IMG/VR virus record: IMGVR_UViG_3300021431_000017
DNA length: 20,000 nucleotides
Reading direction: 5' to 3' (one strand)
Source of the DNA: an uncultured virus (IMG/VR IMGVR_UViG_3300021431_000017)
Lineage: Duplodnaviria; Heunggongvirae; Uroviricota; Caudoviricetes
Within the stretch, counting starts at the first letter, position 1, and each line of letters starts with the position of its first letter. Position numbers and translations under genes: made by a program. The notes under the pieces were generated by a model. It saw only the letters and a list, made by a program, of their open reading frames with translations, was not told where the DNA came from and ran no database searches. Shown here piece by piece: positions 1-8,569 of this stretch.

Positions 1-93
1 GCTTCAACAACACCAGCATTAGCAAAATACAGTATTACTATCCAAATAGAATATTTGGACACATCAAAAGTTATGTGGAATAAGGAGGACTAA
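1..93 (+). CDS. 3' end of a head-tail joining / tail-completion (minor capsid-type) protein, partial
   Basis: Frame 1 is open from the window edge to TAA at 91-93 (ASTTPALAKYSITIQIEYLDTSKVMWNKED*). It lies directly before the major tail gene, whose RBS AAGGAGG is inside its 3' end. Confidence 0.6.
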   Translation, partial: ASTTPALAKYSITIQIEYLDTSKVMWNKED

Positions 94-96
94 CTT

Positions 97-621
97 ATGG
101 CTTTTAATCTTAGAGATGGTCAACGTGCTGAACGTAAACTTCTCATCACAGTGGCAGAGTGGACTGAGGGTAATACGCAAGTTCGTGAACTGCTTGGTAC
201 ACGTACTGAGGACTCCAGCATTGAGTACAATGCAGATATTGAAACCACAACTGATATTCGTGGTAACAACTATACAGACCTCAACCGGACTCAGCCGCAA
301 CAGGATTTTGACCCGCATCTGATTATGGGCGGTGCGAAACTTGCTGAAAAACTGAATGATATTCGGCGTAGAAATGCACTTAGTGAACTTGACCAGTTTA
401 CTTGCTATATCATCACTGCGTTTAAGGGTGATTCTGAAAACGGTTATGAGGCTGAAAAGCACGTTCACTGCACAATTACCTATAACAGCATCGGCGGTGA
501 TGTAAACGTTAATTTCCCGATTTCTGTCTACTTCAGTAACAACATTACTACAGGTAAAGTAGATAAGATTGCGGATGACTTTACGTTCACACCTGACGGT
601 GCAACCACTACAACAGAGTAG
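97..621 (+). CDS. major tail (tube) protein
   Basis: 174 aa with RBS AAGGAGG, acidic and beta-rich. Canonical position before the two chaperones and the tape measure gene. Confidence 0.75.
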   Translation: MAFNLRDGQRAERKLLITVAEWTEGNTQVRELLGTRTEDSSIEYNADIETTTDIRGNNYTDLNRTQPQQDFDPHLIMGGAKLAEKLNDIRRRNALSELDQFTCYIITAFKGDSENGYEAEKHVHCTITYNSIGGDVNVNFPISVYFSNNITTGKVDKIADDFTFTPDGATTTTE

Positions 622-626
622 TAATC

Positions 627-701
627 AAGGGCTATGCAGATTCAAGTTCTGCTAGGTCCACCCTCTCTGGGCCTATCGTTTAAGTTGGTAAGACAGCCTT
701 T
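627..701 (+). ncRNA. circularly permuted tRNA-like structured RNA (T-arm, loop-closed acceptor stem, D-arm)
   Basis: Closing stem AAGGGC(627-632)/GCCTTT(696-701). T-arm GCAGA-TTCAAGT-TCTGC (636-652). 8-bp stem TAGGTCCA/TGGGCCTA with loop CCCTCTC (653-675). Linker TC. D-arm GTTT-AAGTTGGTA-AGAC (678-694). Confidence 0.7.
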
Positions 702-729
702 ATAATTATTCATGAGAGGAGAATAAATT

Positions 730-1218
730 ATGCCTAACGATTTGCTGAAACGTAACGAACCTGTTGTTGATATAGACTTATCAGCAACAGGTAAAAAGAC
801 ATTCATGGTTAAGTTAAAAGAGGGCGATATTCGACCGCTGGAACTTAATCCTTCTGACCTCATGTTCATCACTAGACTGAACAAACTGTATCCTGAACTT
901 CAGCGTAAGGCTGATGCCGCTATGGCAGAATTGGATATTGATGAGAATAAGTCTGCGGATGAAATTTTAGCAAAAGCTTCCGAGATTCTTACTCAAATTG
1001 ATTCTGATATGCGTGTTGCTATGGATGAACTGTTTGATACAAATGTATCGGAAGTATGTGCACCCACGGGTTCAATGTATGACCCGTTTAATGGTATGTT
1101 TAGATTTGAGCATATTATTAAAGCACTATCCTCACTTTATGAAAATAACATAAGTGCGGAAACATCTAAAACGATGGCAAAATTAAATAAGCACACTGCA
1201 AAGTATATTAAATCGTGA
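730..1218 (+). CDS. tail assembly chaperone
   Basis: 162 aa, acidic and helical, RBS AGGAG at 717-721. Sits between the major tail and Gp15-like genes. Confidence 0.7.
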   Translation: MPNDLLKRNEPVVDIDLSATGKKTFMVKLKEGDIRPLELNPSDLMFITRLNKLYPELQRKADAAMAELDIDENKSADEILAKASEILTQIDSDMRVAMDELFDTNVSEVCAPTGSMYDPFNGMFRFEHIIKALSSLYENNISAETSKTMAKLNKHTAKYIKS

Positions 1219-1814
1219 TGGATAAGTACAGTATTCCGACTGAAGTTAATGTCAACGGAAAGATATTCAAAATAAGAAACAAGGGCGATTATCGGGTTAT
1301 GCTTGATTGTTTCGCCGTATTAGATGACCCAGAGTTAGATAAACAAGAAAAACTACTTGGTTGTTTAATTATATTTTATGAGAATATCGTTAGTTTAAAT
1401 GATGTTGAACAATTAACAAGAGAGGAGTTGGAAAGTGCTGTATCTGAAATGTATACATTCTTTAACTGCGGAAATAACGAGAGTTCTGGTCCCAAGCATA
1501 ATTATAAGTTAATTGATTGGGATAAGGACTCTCAATTAATTTGTAGTGCAGTTAATAAGGTTGCAAATACAGAGATACGAGCAGTACCATATCTTCACTG
1601 GTGGACATTTATGGGATATTATTCTTCCGTAGGGGAAAGTGTGCTGTCTACAGTTATTGGTATTCGTGATAAAATAGTATCGAATAAAAAACTGGAGAAG
1701 TGGGAGAATAAATTTAGAAACGAAAATCCACAATACTTTACTTGGAATATGCGCACTGCTGAGCAGATTGCGGATGATGAATATGTAAAGAGTTTGTGGA
1801 ATAGCGGAAAGTAG
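1218..1814 (+). CDS. Gp15-family (A118-like) tail assembly chaperone
   Basis: Contains D..LI.SA and YLHWWTFMGY, typical of the phage Gp15 family. Start is coupled to the upstream stop (TGATG); an alternative GTG lies at 1215. Confidence 0.75.
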   Translation: MDKYSIPTEVNVNGKIFKIRNKGDYRVMLDCFAVLDDPELDKQEKLLGCLIIFYENIVSLNDVEQLTREELESAVSEMYTFFNCGNNESSGPKHNYKLIDWDKDSQLICSAVNKVANTEIRAVPYLHWWTFMGYYSSVGESVLSTVIGIRDKIVSNKKLEKWENKFRNENPQYFTWNMRTAEQIADDEYVKSLWNSGK

Positions 1815-1822
1815 GTGACTTT

Positions 1823-4800
1823 ATGGCAGAAGATGCAGTTGTTATACCCGTATCACTTGAACCTGACATGCAATCTACCTTAAAGGCTGGCGCACAGTTA
1901 AGCAAGGAACTTTCTGATGCAATAAATGAATATGCCGATGTAGATATTTCAGATAAGTTACGAAAAAACCTTATTCAGGCTCAAAAATTTGAATCTCAAT
2001 TAACTAAGGTTAATAGTAAAATAGTGGAACTTGCATCAACTTCTGAAAATTTAATTCCTACAGATACTTATCAATCTGCTTGGGATAGTATGGTTAAATA
2101 CCGAGAGGAAGCAAACAAAATAACCGCTGAATTAGAAAAATTAAAACAGAAACAAGAAGAATTAAGTAGGCGAGATTCCACAATGCTTACTAATTATGCT
2201 AAAAGGAATAACATTTCTAATCGTGGTGAAGCAAGAGAAAAACTATTCGCTGAAAATAGTACGTATTATCGATTACAACAATCCATTAAAGACACAACCG
2301 CACAAGAAAATGCGCTTAGAGATTCACAAGAACGTGTAAATGCCGAACTTGAACGTTATAGAAATTTAGTAAATGAGATTCAAAATAACGGAACAGCATT
2401 TATTAAAGTTGGCGATACTGATGCGTATTACACATCATTAACGGATAATTTAGCAAAGTCGGCTGAACTTACTCAAAAACTTCAAATGTCATTGGGTGCT
2501 GTAGCGCATGAAGGCGGAGAAAATGTACAGAAGATAATTTCTCCTATTGCACGATTAGGCACTATTGCATCTATAACGGGTGGTAAAATTGCCACATTAG
2601 CAAAAAATTTACTGATGATGGCTAAGTCTGCTATTGCTGGCGGTATTAGACGATTAGCGTCTTCATTTAGAGGACTTGGTAAAGATTCTGAAAACTCCGG
2701 TGATTCGTTTAAAAAGGCGATAAAGTTATTCATTAAATATGGATTTGGTGTTCGTAGTTTCTTCTTCTTGTTCCGAAAAATTCGGTCTGCTATTGCAGAT
2801 AGTTTGAAAACATTGAAGGATGCGAGTTTTGGTGATGTTGGAGCATCATTAAATGCCCTGTCAACGTCTCTGCAATATTTAAAGGATAGTTGGGCGGCGG
2901 CATTTGCACCGATTATTACATTTGTAACTCCGGTGCTGACGAGATTAATGGATGCTTTCTCTGGTATTATGAATACGATTGGAGCATTCATCGCACTGCT
3001 TACAGGTAAATCGTTCTTTGTTAAAGCAGTAAAAGGAACCGGTGCGTTAGCAGATAAAACTAAAGCAGGTGCTGAAGCGCAAAAAGAATGGAACAATGAA
3101 CTGTACTCTTTTGATGAACTTAACAGACAACAAGACCAAGATGATAAGAATAAAGATTCAGGAAGTGGTAGCGGTGGAGGACTTAACTTTGAAGAGTCTC
3201 CGATTAGCGGAACATTATCTGAGTGGCTTCAAAATTGGGGAGAACGTCTTAAAGAGGCTTGGCAAAATAGTGAATTCTATAAGTTTGGAGAAATCGTTTC
3301 TGAAGGCTTAAATAAGGCTGTCGATGCTATTGATAACTGGATTGATAACACGCTTCAACCGTTTGCAGTTACGTGGTCAAAGAACATTGCGACAATCTTA
3401 AACGGTGTGGTTGCAGGATTGGATTGGGCACGTCTTGGAGATATGCTTGCGTCCGGTCTTAACATTATCCCTGCTGTCATTAATACGTTTATGGATACGT
3501 TTGACTTTAGTGTATTTGGTCAGCGTCTTGGTGAAGGGATTAAATCTTTTGTAGATGTTGTTGATTGGGAAGGTATTGGAAAATTATTTTCTAATAAACT
3601 GCGCCGATTAATCGAAATATTTCACGGCATTGTTAATACTCCGGGACTTTGGGAAAGTATTGGAAATGCAATTTCCTCAGCAATCACGGGATGGTTCTTC
3701 AACATTGATTGGCAATTAGCCGGTGAAACACTTGCTACCGGATTTAACGGGCTTGTAACATCTGTACACATAGCAATTCAAAATATTCCGTGGTTTACAA
3801 TGGCTGAAACCTTTGTCGCTGGTTTGAATACGCTGGTTACTGATATTGATTGGGCAGAATTTGGGCGTACTGTTAGTGATGCTCTTGTTGACGCTCTTGG
3901 CATGATTGTACTAGCACTCGCTGAATTTGATTGGCAGGGACTCGGTGAAGCAATCGGAGAATTTATTAGTAATATTGATTGGGGCAAAGTTGCGTTACTT
4001 GCAGTCATGGGTTTAATGGCACTTGCCAGCGGTCTATTTGAAGCATTAATTAGCGCATTGGAGTCAGTTTTTGAAAATATTGGTGATAAATTTGCTGAAT
4101 TTGGAGATGATGGCATAGCAGGATTCTTTAAAGGAATTGCAGATGCGTTAAAGAATTTAAAAAATTGGGTTCAAGAAAACATGATTGACCCATTAGTCAA
4201 TGCAGTAAAAGACCTACTTGGAATTCATTCGCCATCAAAAGTATTTTCTGAAATTGGTACAAATTTAGTCGATGGATTATTTGAAGGTATTAAAAATACA
4301 TGGTCTAAAATTACAGGATTCTTTGACCAGTCACTTGGTCCGTTAGTTAGTAAAATTCAAACAGCGTGGGATGATTTAAAAACTAAAACAGGTACGACTT
4401 GGAATAACATTAAAACTGCGGTTTCCAATACTTGGACAAATACAAAAAACAAACTGTTTACTACGACAGGAAATATCAAAACTGATGTTACTAATGCGTG
4501 GAATAATCTTAAAACCACAACTACCACATCGTGGAATAATATAAAAACTACTGTTACTAATTCCTGGAAAAATCTGAAAACAAATTTACGGTCAGTAAGT
4601 TTCAGTGATATTGGTAGAAATTTAGTAGATGGTATTAAGAACGGTGTCAGCGGTGCTTGGGATTCTTTGGTAAGTAGTGTAAACAGACTGTGCGGTTCAT
4701 TGGTAGACAGAGTTAGGGGAATGTTTCAAATTCATTCGCCATCAAAAGTATTTGCTGAAATTGGTGAAAACTTAGCATTAGGTCTTGCTGAAGGTATTAC

Positions 4801-5236
4801 AGATGAATCTAGCACACCGATTAAAGCCGCTGAGAATATGGCAGAGAGTGTTGGTGATTTAGATACCGCAATTACTGATGTGCCTGATGCATTAGACTCT
4901 GTTCTTGAAAAGTTAAATCAGATTGCCGATAGATTTACTACTATTACCAATGCTTTGCTGGGTGTATCGAATATGCCTATTCCGGCTGTAGCATCCGGAA
5001 GAGTTGTTCCTAGTGGAGTTTTTGCTTCAGGTGGTGATTCTGCTACTGTTGCAACAACTATTGCTGATGCTATTGTTAATGCATTTGATTCCCAAGGAAT
5101 CTCGTCTACATCTAACACACCGATGACTGCTCCAGTAATTAAAGTTTATATTAGAGGAAAAGAAGTGTTTGATGCTGTCGTAGATGAGAATAATTCTGCT
5201 ATAATGAGAACAGGGATAAGCCCCTTAATGAGATGA
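1823..5236 (+). CDS. tail tape measure protein
   Basis: 1137 aa with N-terminal coiled coil, Ala/Gly-rich amphipathic helices, repeated (I)DW..(L/I)G units, 11-residue W-spaced repeats (AWDDLKT, TWNNIKT) and two IHSPSKVF motifs. Confidence 0.93.
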   Translation: MAEDAVVIPVSLEPDMQSTLKAGAQLSKELSDAINEYADVDISDKLRKNLIQAQKFESQLTKVNSKIVELASTSENLIPTDTYQSAWDSMVKYREEANKITAELEKLKQKQEELSRRDSTMLTNYAKRNNISNRGEAREKLFAENSTYYRLQQSIKDTTAQENALRDSQERVNAELERYRNLVNEIQNNGTAFIKVGDTDAYYTSLTDNLAKSAELTQKLQMSLGAVAHEGGENVQKIISPIARLGTIASITGGKIATLAKNLLMMAKSAIAGGIRRLASSFRGLGKDSENSGDSFKKAIKLFIKYGFGVRSFFFLFRKIRSAIADSLKTLKDASFGDVGASLNALSTSLQYLKDSWAAAFAPIITFVTPVLTRLMDAFSGIMNTIGAFIALLTGKSFFVKAVKGTGALADKTKAGAEAQKEWNNELYSFDELNRQQDQDDKNKDSGSGSGGGLNFEESPISGTLSEWLQNWGERLKEAWQNSEFYKFGEIVSEGLNKAVDAIDNWIDNTLQPFAVTWSKNIATILNGVVAGLDWARLGDMLASGLNIIPAVINTFMDTFDFSVFGQRLGEGIKSFVDVVDWEGIGKLFSNKLRRLIEIFHGIVNTPGLWESIGNAISSAITGWFFNIDWQLAGETLATGFNGLVTSVHIAIQNIPWFTMAETFVAGLNTLVTDIDWAEFGRTVSDALVDALGMIVLALAEFDWQGLGEAIGEFISNIDWGKVALLAVMGLMALASGLFEALISALESVFENIGDKFAEFGDDGIAGFFKGIADALKNLKNWVQENMIDPLVNAVKDLLGIHSPSKVFSEIGTNLVDGLFEGIKNTWSKITGFFDQSLGPLVSKIQTAWDDLKTKTGTTWNNIKTAVSNTWTNTKNKLFTTTGNIKTDVTNAWNNLKTTTTTSWNNIKTTVTNSWKNLKTNLRSVSFSDIGRNLVDGIKNGVSGAWDSLVSSVNRLCGSLVDRVRGMFQIHSPSKVFAEIGENLALGLAEGITDESSTPIKAAENMAESVGDLDTAITDVPDALDSVLEKLNQIADRFTTITNALLGVSNMPIPAVASGRVVPSGVFASGGDSATVATTIADAIVNAFDSQGISSTSNTPMTAPVIKVYIRGKEVFDAVVDENNSAIMRTGISPLMR
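4222..4765 (+). repeat. 37-bp direct repeat pair inside the tape measure gene
   Basis: AATTCATTCGCCATCAAAAGTATTT(T/G)CTGAAATTGGT at 4222-4258 and 4729-4765. 36/37 identical, 507 bp apart (in frame). Confidence 0.9.
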
Positions 5237-5246
5237 GGTACTGTAT

Positions 5247-5627
5247 ATGTTTGGTGAATTAGATGATGCTTGGACAGTAAACGGAACCCCTATCTATTGT
5301 CCGTCTGAAGACGGAATTAATATCAGTCATGATAACATAGTTGCATCAAAATCAGGTCGAGACGAATCCGGACATATGCACATTATCTGGGTTCGTCCCG
5401 ATATTGTAAAAGTTAGTTTTACGTATGAAAAACTGACGGGCAATCAAGTTGAATATCTGAGAGAACTGATGCAGGGTAAAGAATTCGTATTCAAGTACGA
5501 AGATAACGGCAGTAAAACAATTAATGGTTATTGTGGTAAAATTTCATATGACCAAAAAACTCTTGCAACGCATCAAGATGAGGGCGGAGTTTATAAAAAT
5601 GTTCAGGTAAACGTAGTGGAGATGTAG
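5247..5627 (+). CDS. short distal tail (Dit-like) protein
   Basis: 126 aa directly after the tape measure gene, RBS GAGGT. The SGRDESGHMHI..VR motif is typical of small distal-tail proteins. Confidence 0.65.
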   Translation: MFGELDDAWTVNGTPIYCPSEDGINISHDNIVASKSGRDESGHMHIIWVRPDIVKVSFTYEKLTGNQVEYLRELMQGKEFVFKYEDNGSKTINGYCGKISYDQKTLATHQDEGGVYKNVQVNVVEM

Positions 5628-5628
5628 A

Positions 5629-8337
5629 ATGCTGAATGTATCAGAGGAAGTAAAAGCATTATATAAATCTAGTAGCGCACCTATTACATTACAGTTACGT
5701 ATAGGAAATACTACATATACTGACCGTAATGTAGTGGCTGGTTCAATGTCTATTACAGAGTCTCTTTGTTCCTTAGAGACTTTTAGTCTTTCTACAGTAG
5801 AGAAAAATGAATTGGTATTTTCTCTGTTTAATGAGGAACAGGAAATTTCTTCATTAATTGGACAGACTGTTGTAGCGTCTCACATTGTAACATTGGCTAA
5901 TAATACAACTGAAACTATTCCGCTCGGTACATATACAATAGTAACTGCGGTTAAAGACGGTGACTATATCATAACATGCACTTGTTATGATACCATGCTT
6001 GTATTCGACAAGATTATTGATGATTGGTGGAATACTAGAGTACAATTTCCGATTTCAATTAGAGATTTAGTAATTTCTTTATTTGAAGAGGTTGATGTTC
6101 AGTATACTTTACCGGATACCTTTACTAATGATGACTTTGTAATTTCTGCTAAACCTACATTCTTTGAAAATGTGGCGGCATCAGAAGTATTGTCATATAT
6201 ACAGGAGGTTGTTGGTGGATTTTTTAAAGCCGACAGACTTGGGGTTGTTAGATTATTAAATGCTAGAAAACTCGGTACTTTTGGCTTACGTCCTAAAATT
6301 GGATTATATCCAAAAATTGGTTTATATCCTGCTGGGACAGATGCTGTTGGGTTCGGTGAAAATTCATATATTCAAGAATATGCATATAGACATATTTTTG
6401 GAGATTTAACAGTAGCAGACTATACGGTTAATAAAATTTCAGCACTTCAAATCAGAGGTACTGAAAATGATGTAGGTATTATTGTGGGCACCGGCACTAA
6501 TCTATTTATCATCGAAGGAAATCCGTTACTGTATAACGTAACTGAAGATGATAGACCGATGGTAACAAATATCTTTAATGCAATTAAGGATATTACGTAC
6601 ATACCGTTTAGTGGAGAAGTTGTTGGATTACCGTTCGTTGAAGTTGGTGATTGTATTAATGTAACCACATATAAAAACGTTATAGTAAATTCACCTATTC
6701 TGTATAGAGTATTAAGTAATCAAAAATTATCTGTGGATTCTTTTACAACAAAAGGCGAGAAACAGCGTCCTGTTACTAAGACACTCAATCGTACCATTAC
6801 TGTACTGAATCAGAAAACACATGAGATTGTTAATACGGTGGATACTTTATCCAGCACTATTACAAATGTTCAATCAGCCATTAGCGGGTTGGATACACGT
6901 ATTACTACAAATACATCGAATATTACACAAAACGCCTCACAGATTGCGTTAAAAGTATCTCAATCTGATTATACTGGTGCGAATATTGTTAATTTAATCA
7001 ATCTTGATACAAGTGGTGCGACAATTCAGGCTGCACATGTTGTTGTAGATACTTCCTCTTTAGATTTGACCTTTGGTTCAGCAACTTCAAATGTAACAAT
7101 TAAAGCCACAGATGAAAATGATGGTGTGCTTTTTGATGGTAGTGGTAAAGTTCATTTTGAAACAAATGGACAATTTCAAGCCAAAAATTTGGACAGTAAT
7201 GATGAGCAAGCAAATCATATTATACTGACAAATAATTCTGAAGAATCAAGTGCTGAAATATATAATTATTTTGGTAATGTTCGTGCAAACGACATTGATT
7301 TTACGGCGAATTCCAATTCAAATAAAGCTGTTATTGTAAATAATAAACTTAATGAAGATATAAATGCTAGTTTGATTCGTTTGGAAGCAACAAGTACTGG
7401 ACACTCATTACAGTTATATAATTTTAATTTTAACGGAGTGTCTGGAAGAACTGCAAATTCAGCCGTGTTTAGTGCTGCCAGTACCACAAACACAATAACT
7501 TTTAATAATAATAAAATCACAACGGCAACTGAAACTAGTTTAGCAATGAATCTTATTAAATTACACCACCAACCAGGAAGCAATTGGAATCAAATCCTTA
7601 TTCAAAATAACTGGATGAGTGGAACTCGGTCTAACTGGATTCAGTGTTCAAACGCAAACACAACAAGTGATTTTCAATTTTGGAATTATAACACTTCCGG
7701 TCAATACGCAAATACATTTACAATGACTTCAAATGGCGATAGTAATTTTAATAATGTAACACTGTCAAATTATAATACCTCTAGTCAATATGCAAATACA
7801 CTTACAATGTCTTCAAATAGTAGTAGTAATAGTAATACTGTAACACTGTCAAATCGTAACACTTCGGCAACTCAGGTGAATTCAATAACTTTGTATAGTA
7901 CTACAACAGATACCCAAAATTATGTGTACTTAATGAATATGCATAATAACGGAAACCTTGCAAATACTATTTATATGCACTCCGAAAATAATTCAGGTGC
8001 GCTTGCTATTGCAAATAAGGATTCAAGCGGTAACACTAGAACGGCACTATACATGAATGCGGACGGCACATTTAAAGTGCAAACGCTTGTTAATAATTCT
8101 CAGAAGTGCTTGATTCAGGCATCGAGTTACGGAAATTTAGACCTTGTAACAACAGGTGCATTACACTTTAATGCTGGTTCAATCACTGTTCAATACGGTA
8201 ATACTTATAAAACAGGTGCTGGCAGTGGTGGAAATCCTACTGGAACAGATAATGTCGCAGTAAAAAACTGGGATAACTCAACTGTTAATTTACATTTCGC
8301 AAACGGATTATATATAGGCTGGTCAAAAGCATCGTAA
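5629..8337 (+). CDS. baseplate hub / tail-tip protein with Asn/Ser/Thr-rich repetitive C-terminal spike
   Basis: 902 aa. N-terminal hub-like region (ESLCS, IPLGTY, GLYP repeats, IEGNP), a coiled-coil linker, then about 28-aa beta-repeat units. Confidence 0.75.
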   Translation: MLNVSEEVKALYKSSSAPITLQLRIGNTTYTDRNVVAGSMSITESLCSLETFSLSTVEKNELVFSLFNEEQEISSLIGQTVVASHIVTLANNTTETIPLGTYTIVTAVKDGDYIITCTCYDTMLVFDKIIDDWWNTRVQFPISIRDLVISLFEEVDVQYTLPDTFTNDDFVISAKPTFFENVAASEVLSYIQEVVGGFFKADRLGVVRLLNARKLGTFGLRPKIGLYPKIGLYPAGTDAVGFGENSYIQEYAYRHIFGDLTVADYTVNKISALQIRGTENDVGIIVGTGTNLFIIEGNPLLYNVTEDDRPMVTNIFNAIKDITYIPFSGEVVGLPFVEVGDCINVTTYKNVIVNSPILYRVLSNQKLSVDSFTTKGEKQRPVTKTLNRTITVLNQKTHEIVNTVDTLSSTITNVQSAISGLDTRITTNTSNITQNASQIALKVSQSDYTGANIVNLINLDTSGATIQAAHVVVDTSSLDLTFGSATSNVTIKATDENDGVLFDGSGKVHFETNGQFQAKNLDSNDEQANHIILTNNSEESSAEIYNYFGNVRANDIDFTANSNSNKAVIVNNKLNEDINASLIRLEATSTGHSLQLYNFNFNGVSGRTANSAVFSAASTTNTITFNNNKITTATETSLAMNLIKLHHQPGSNWNQILIQNNWMSGTRSNWIQCSNANTTSDFQFWNYNTSGQYANTFTMTSNGDSNFNNVTLSNYNTSSQYANTLTMSSNSSSNSNTVTLSNRNTSATQVNSITLYSTTTDTQNYVYLMNMHNNGNLANTIYMHSENNSGALAIANKDSSGNTRTALYMNADGTFKVQTLVNNSQKCLIQASSYGNLDLVTTGALHFNAGSITVQYGNTYKTGAGSGGNPTGTDNVAVKNWDNSTVNLHFANGLYIGWSKAS
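7684..7866 (+). repeat. 84-bp (28-codon) tandem repeat in the tail-tip gene
   Basis: Units start at 7684, 7768 and 7852 (NYNTSGQYANTFTMTSNGDSNFNNVTLS / NYNTSSQYANTLTMSSNSSSNSNTVTLS / NRNTS...). Confidence 0.85.
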
Positions 8338-8353
8338 ATTGGAGGTATTAAAT

Positions 8354-8518
8354 ATGAATGCGTTAGATACAACTAAAAAAACAGAAGAAACAATTATTAA
8401 GGCAATTAACGATAGTGGGCTTCCACTTACAACAGTTTATTATATGTTGGCGGACTTGCAGCGTCAGATCACCGATGCCTTAAATAACGTTGAGGTTAAC
8501 CAAACAGAATCTAAATAA
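8354..8518 (+). CDS. small hypothetical tail-module protein, 54 aa (not in the ORF track)
   Basis: RBS GGAGGT at 8341-8346, ATG at 8354, MNALDTTKKTEETIIKAINDSGLPLTTVYYMLADLQRQITDALNNVEVNQTESK*. Confidence 0.75.
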   Translation: MNALDTTKKTEETIIKAINDSGLPLTTVYYMLADLQRQITDALNNVEVNQTESK

Positions 8519-8569
8519 ACAGAAAGGAGAATACCCAATGTTTCAGACATTGATGGGGGGTGACACATT

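Noticed and set aside
1180..1220. Programmed -1 frameshift fusing the two tail chaperones (lambda G/GT type)
   Set aside because: The second ORF is in the -1 frame, but TAA at 1209-1211 blocks that frame and no slippery heptamer lies after it. TGATG coupling explains the overlap.
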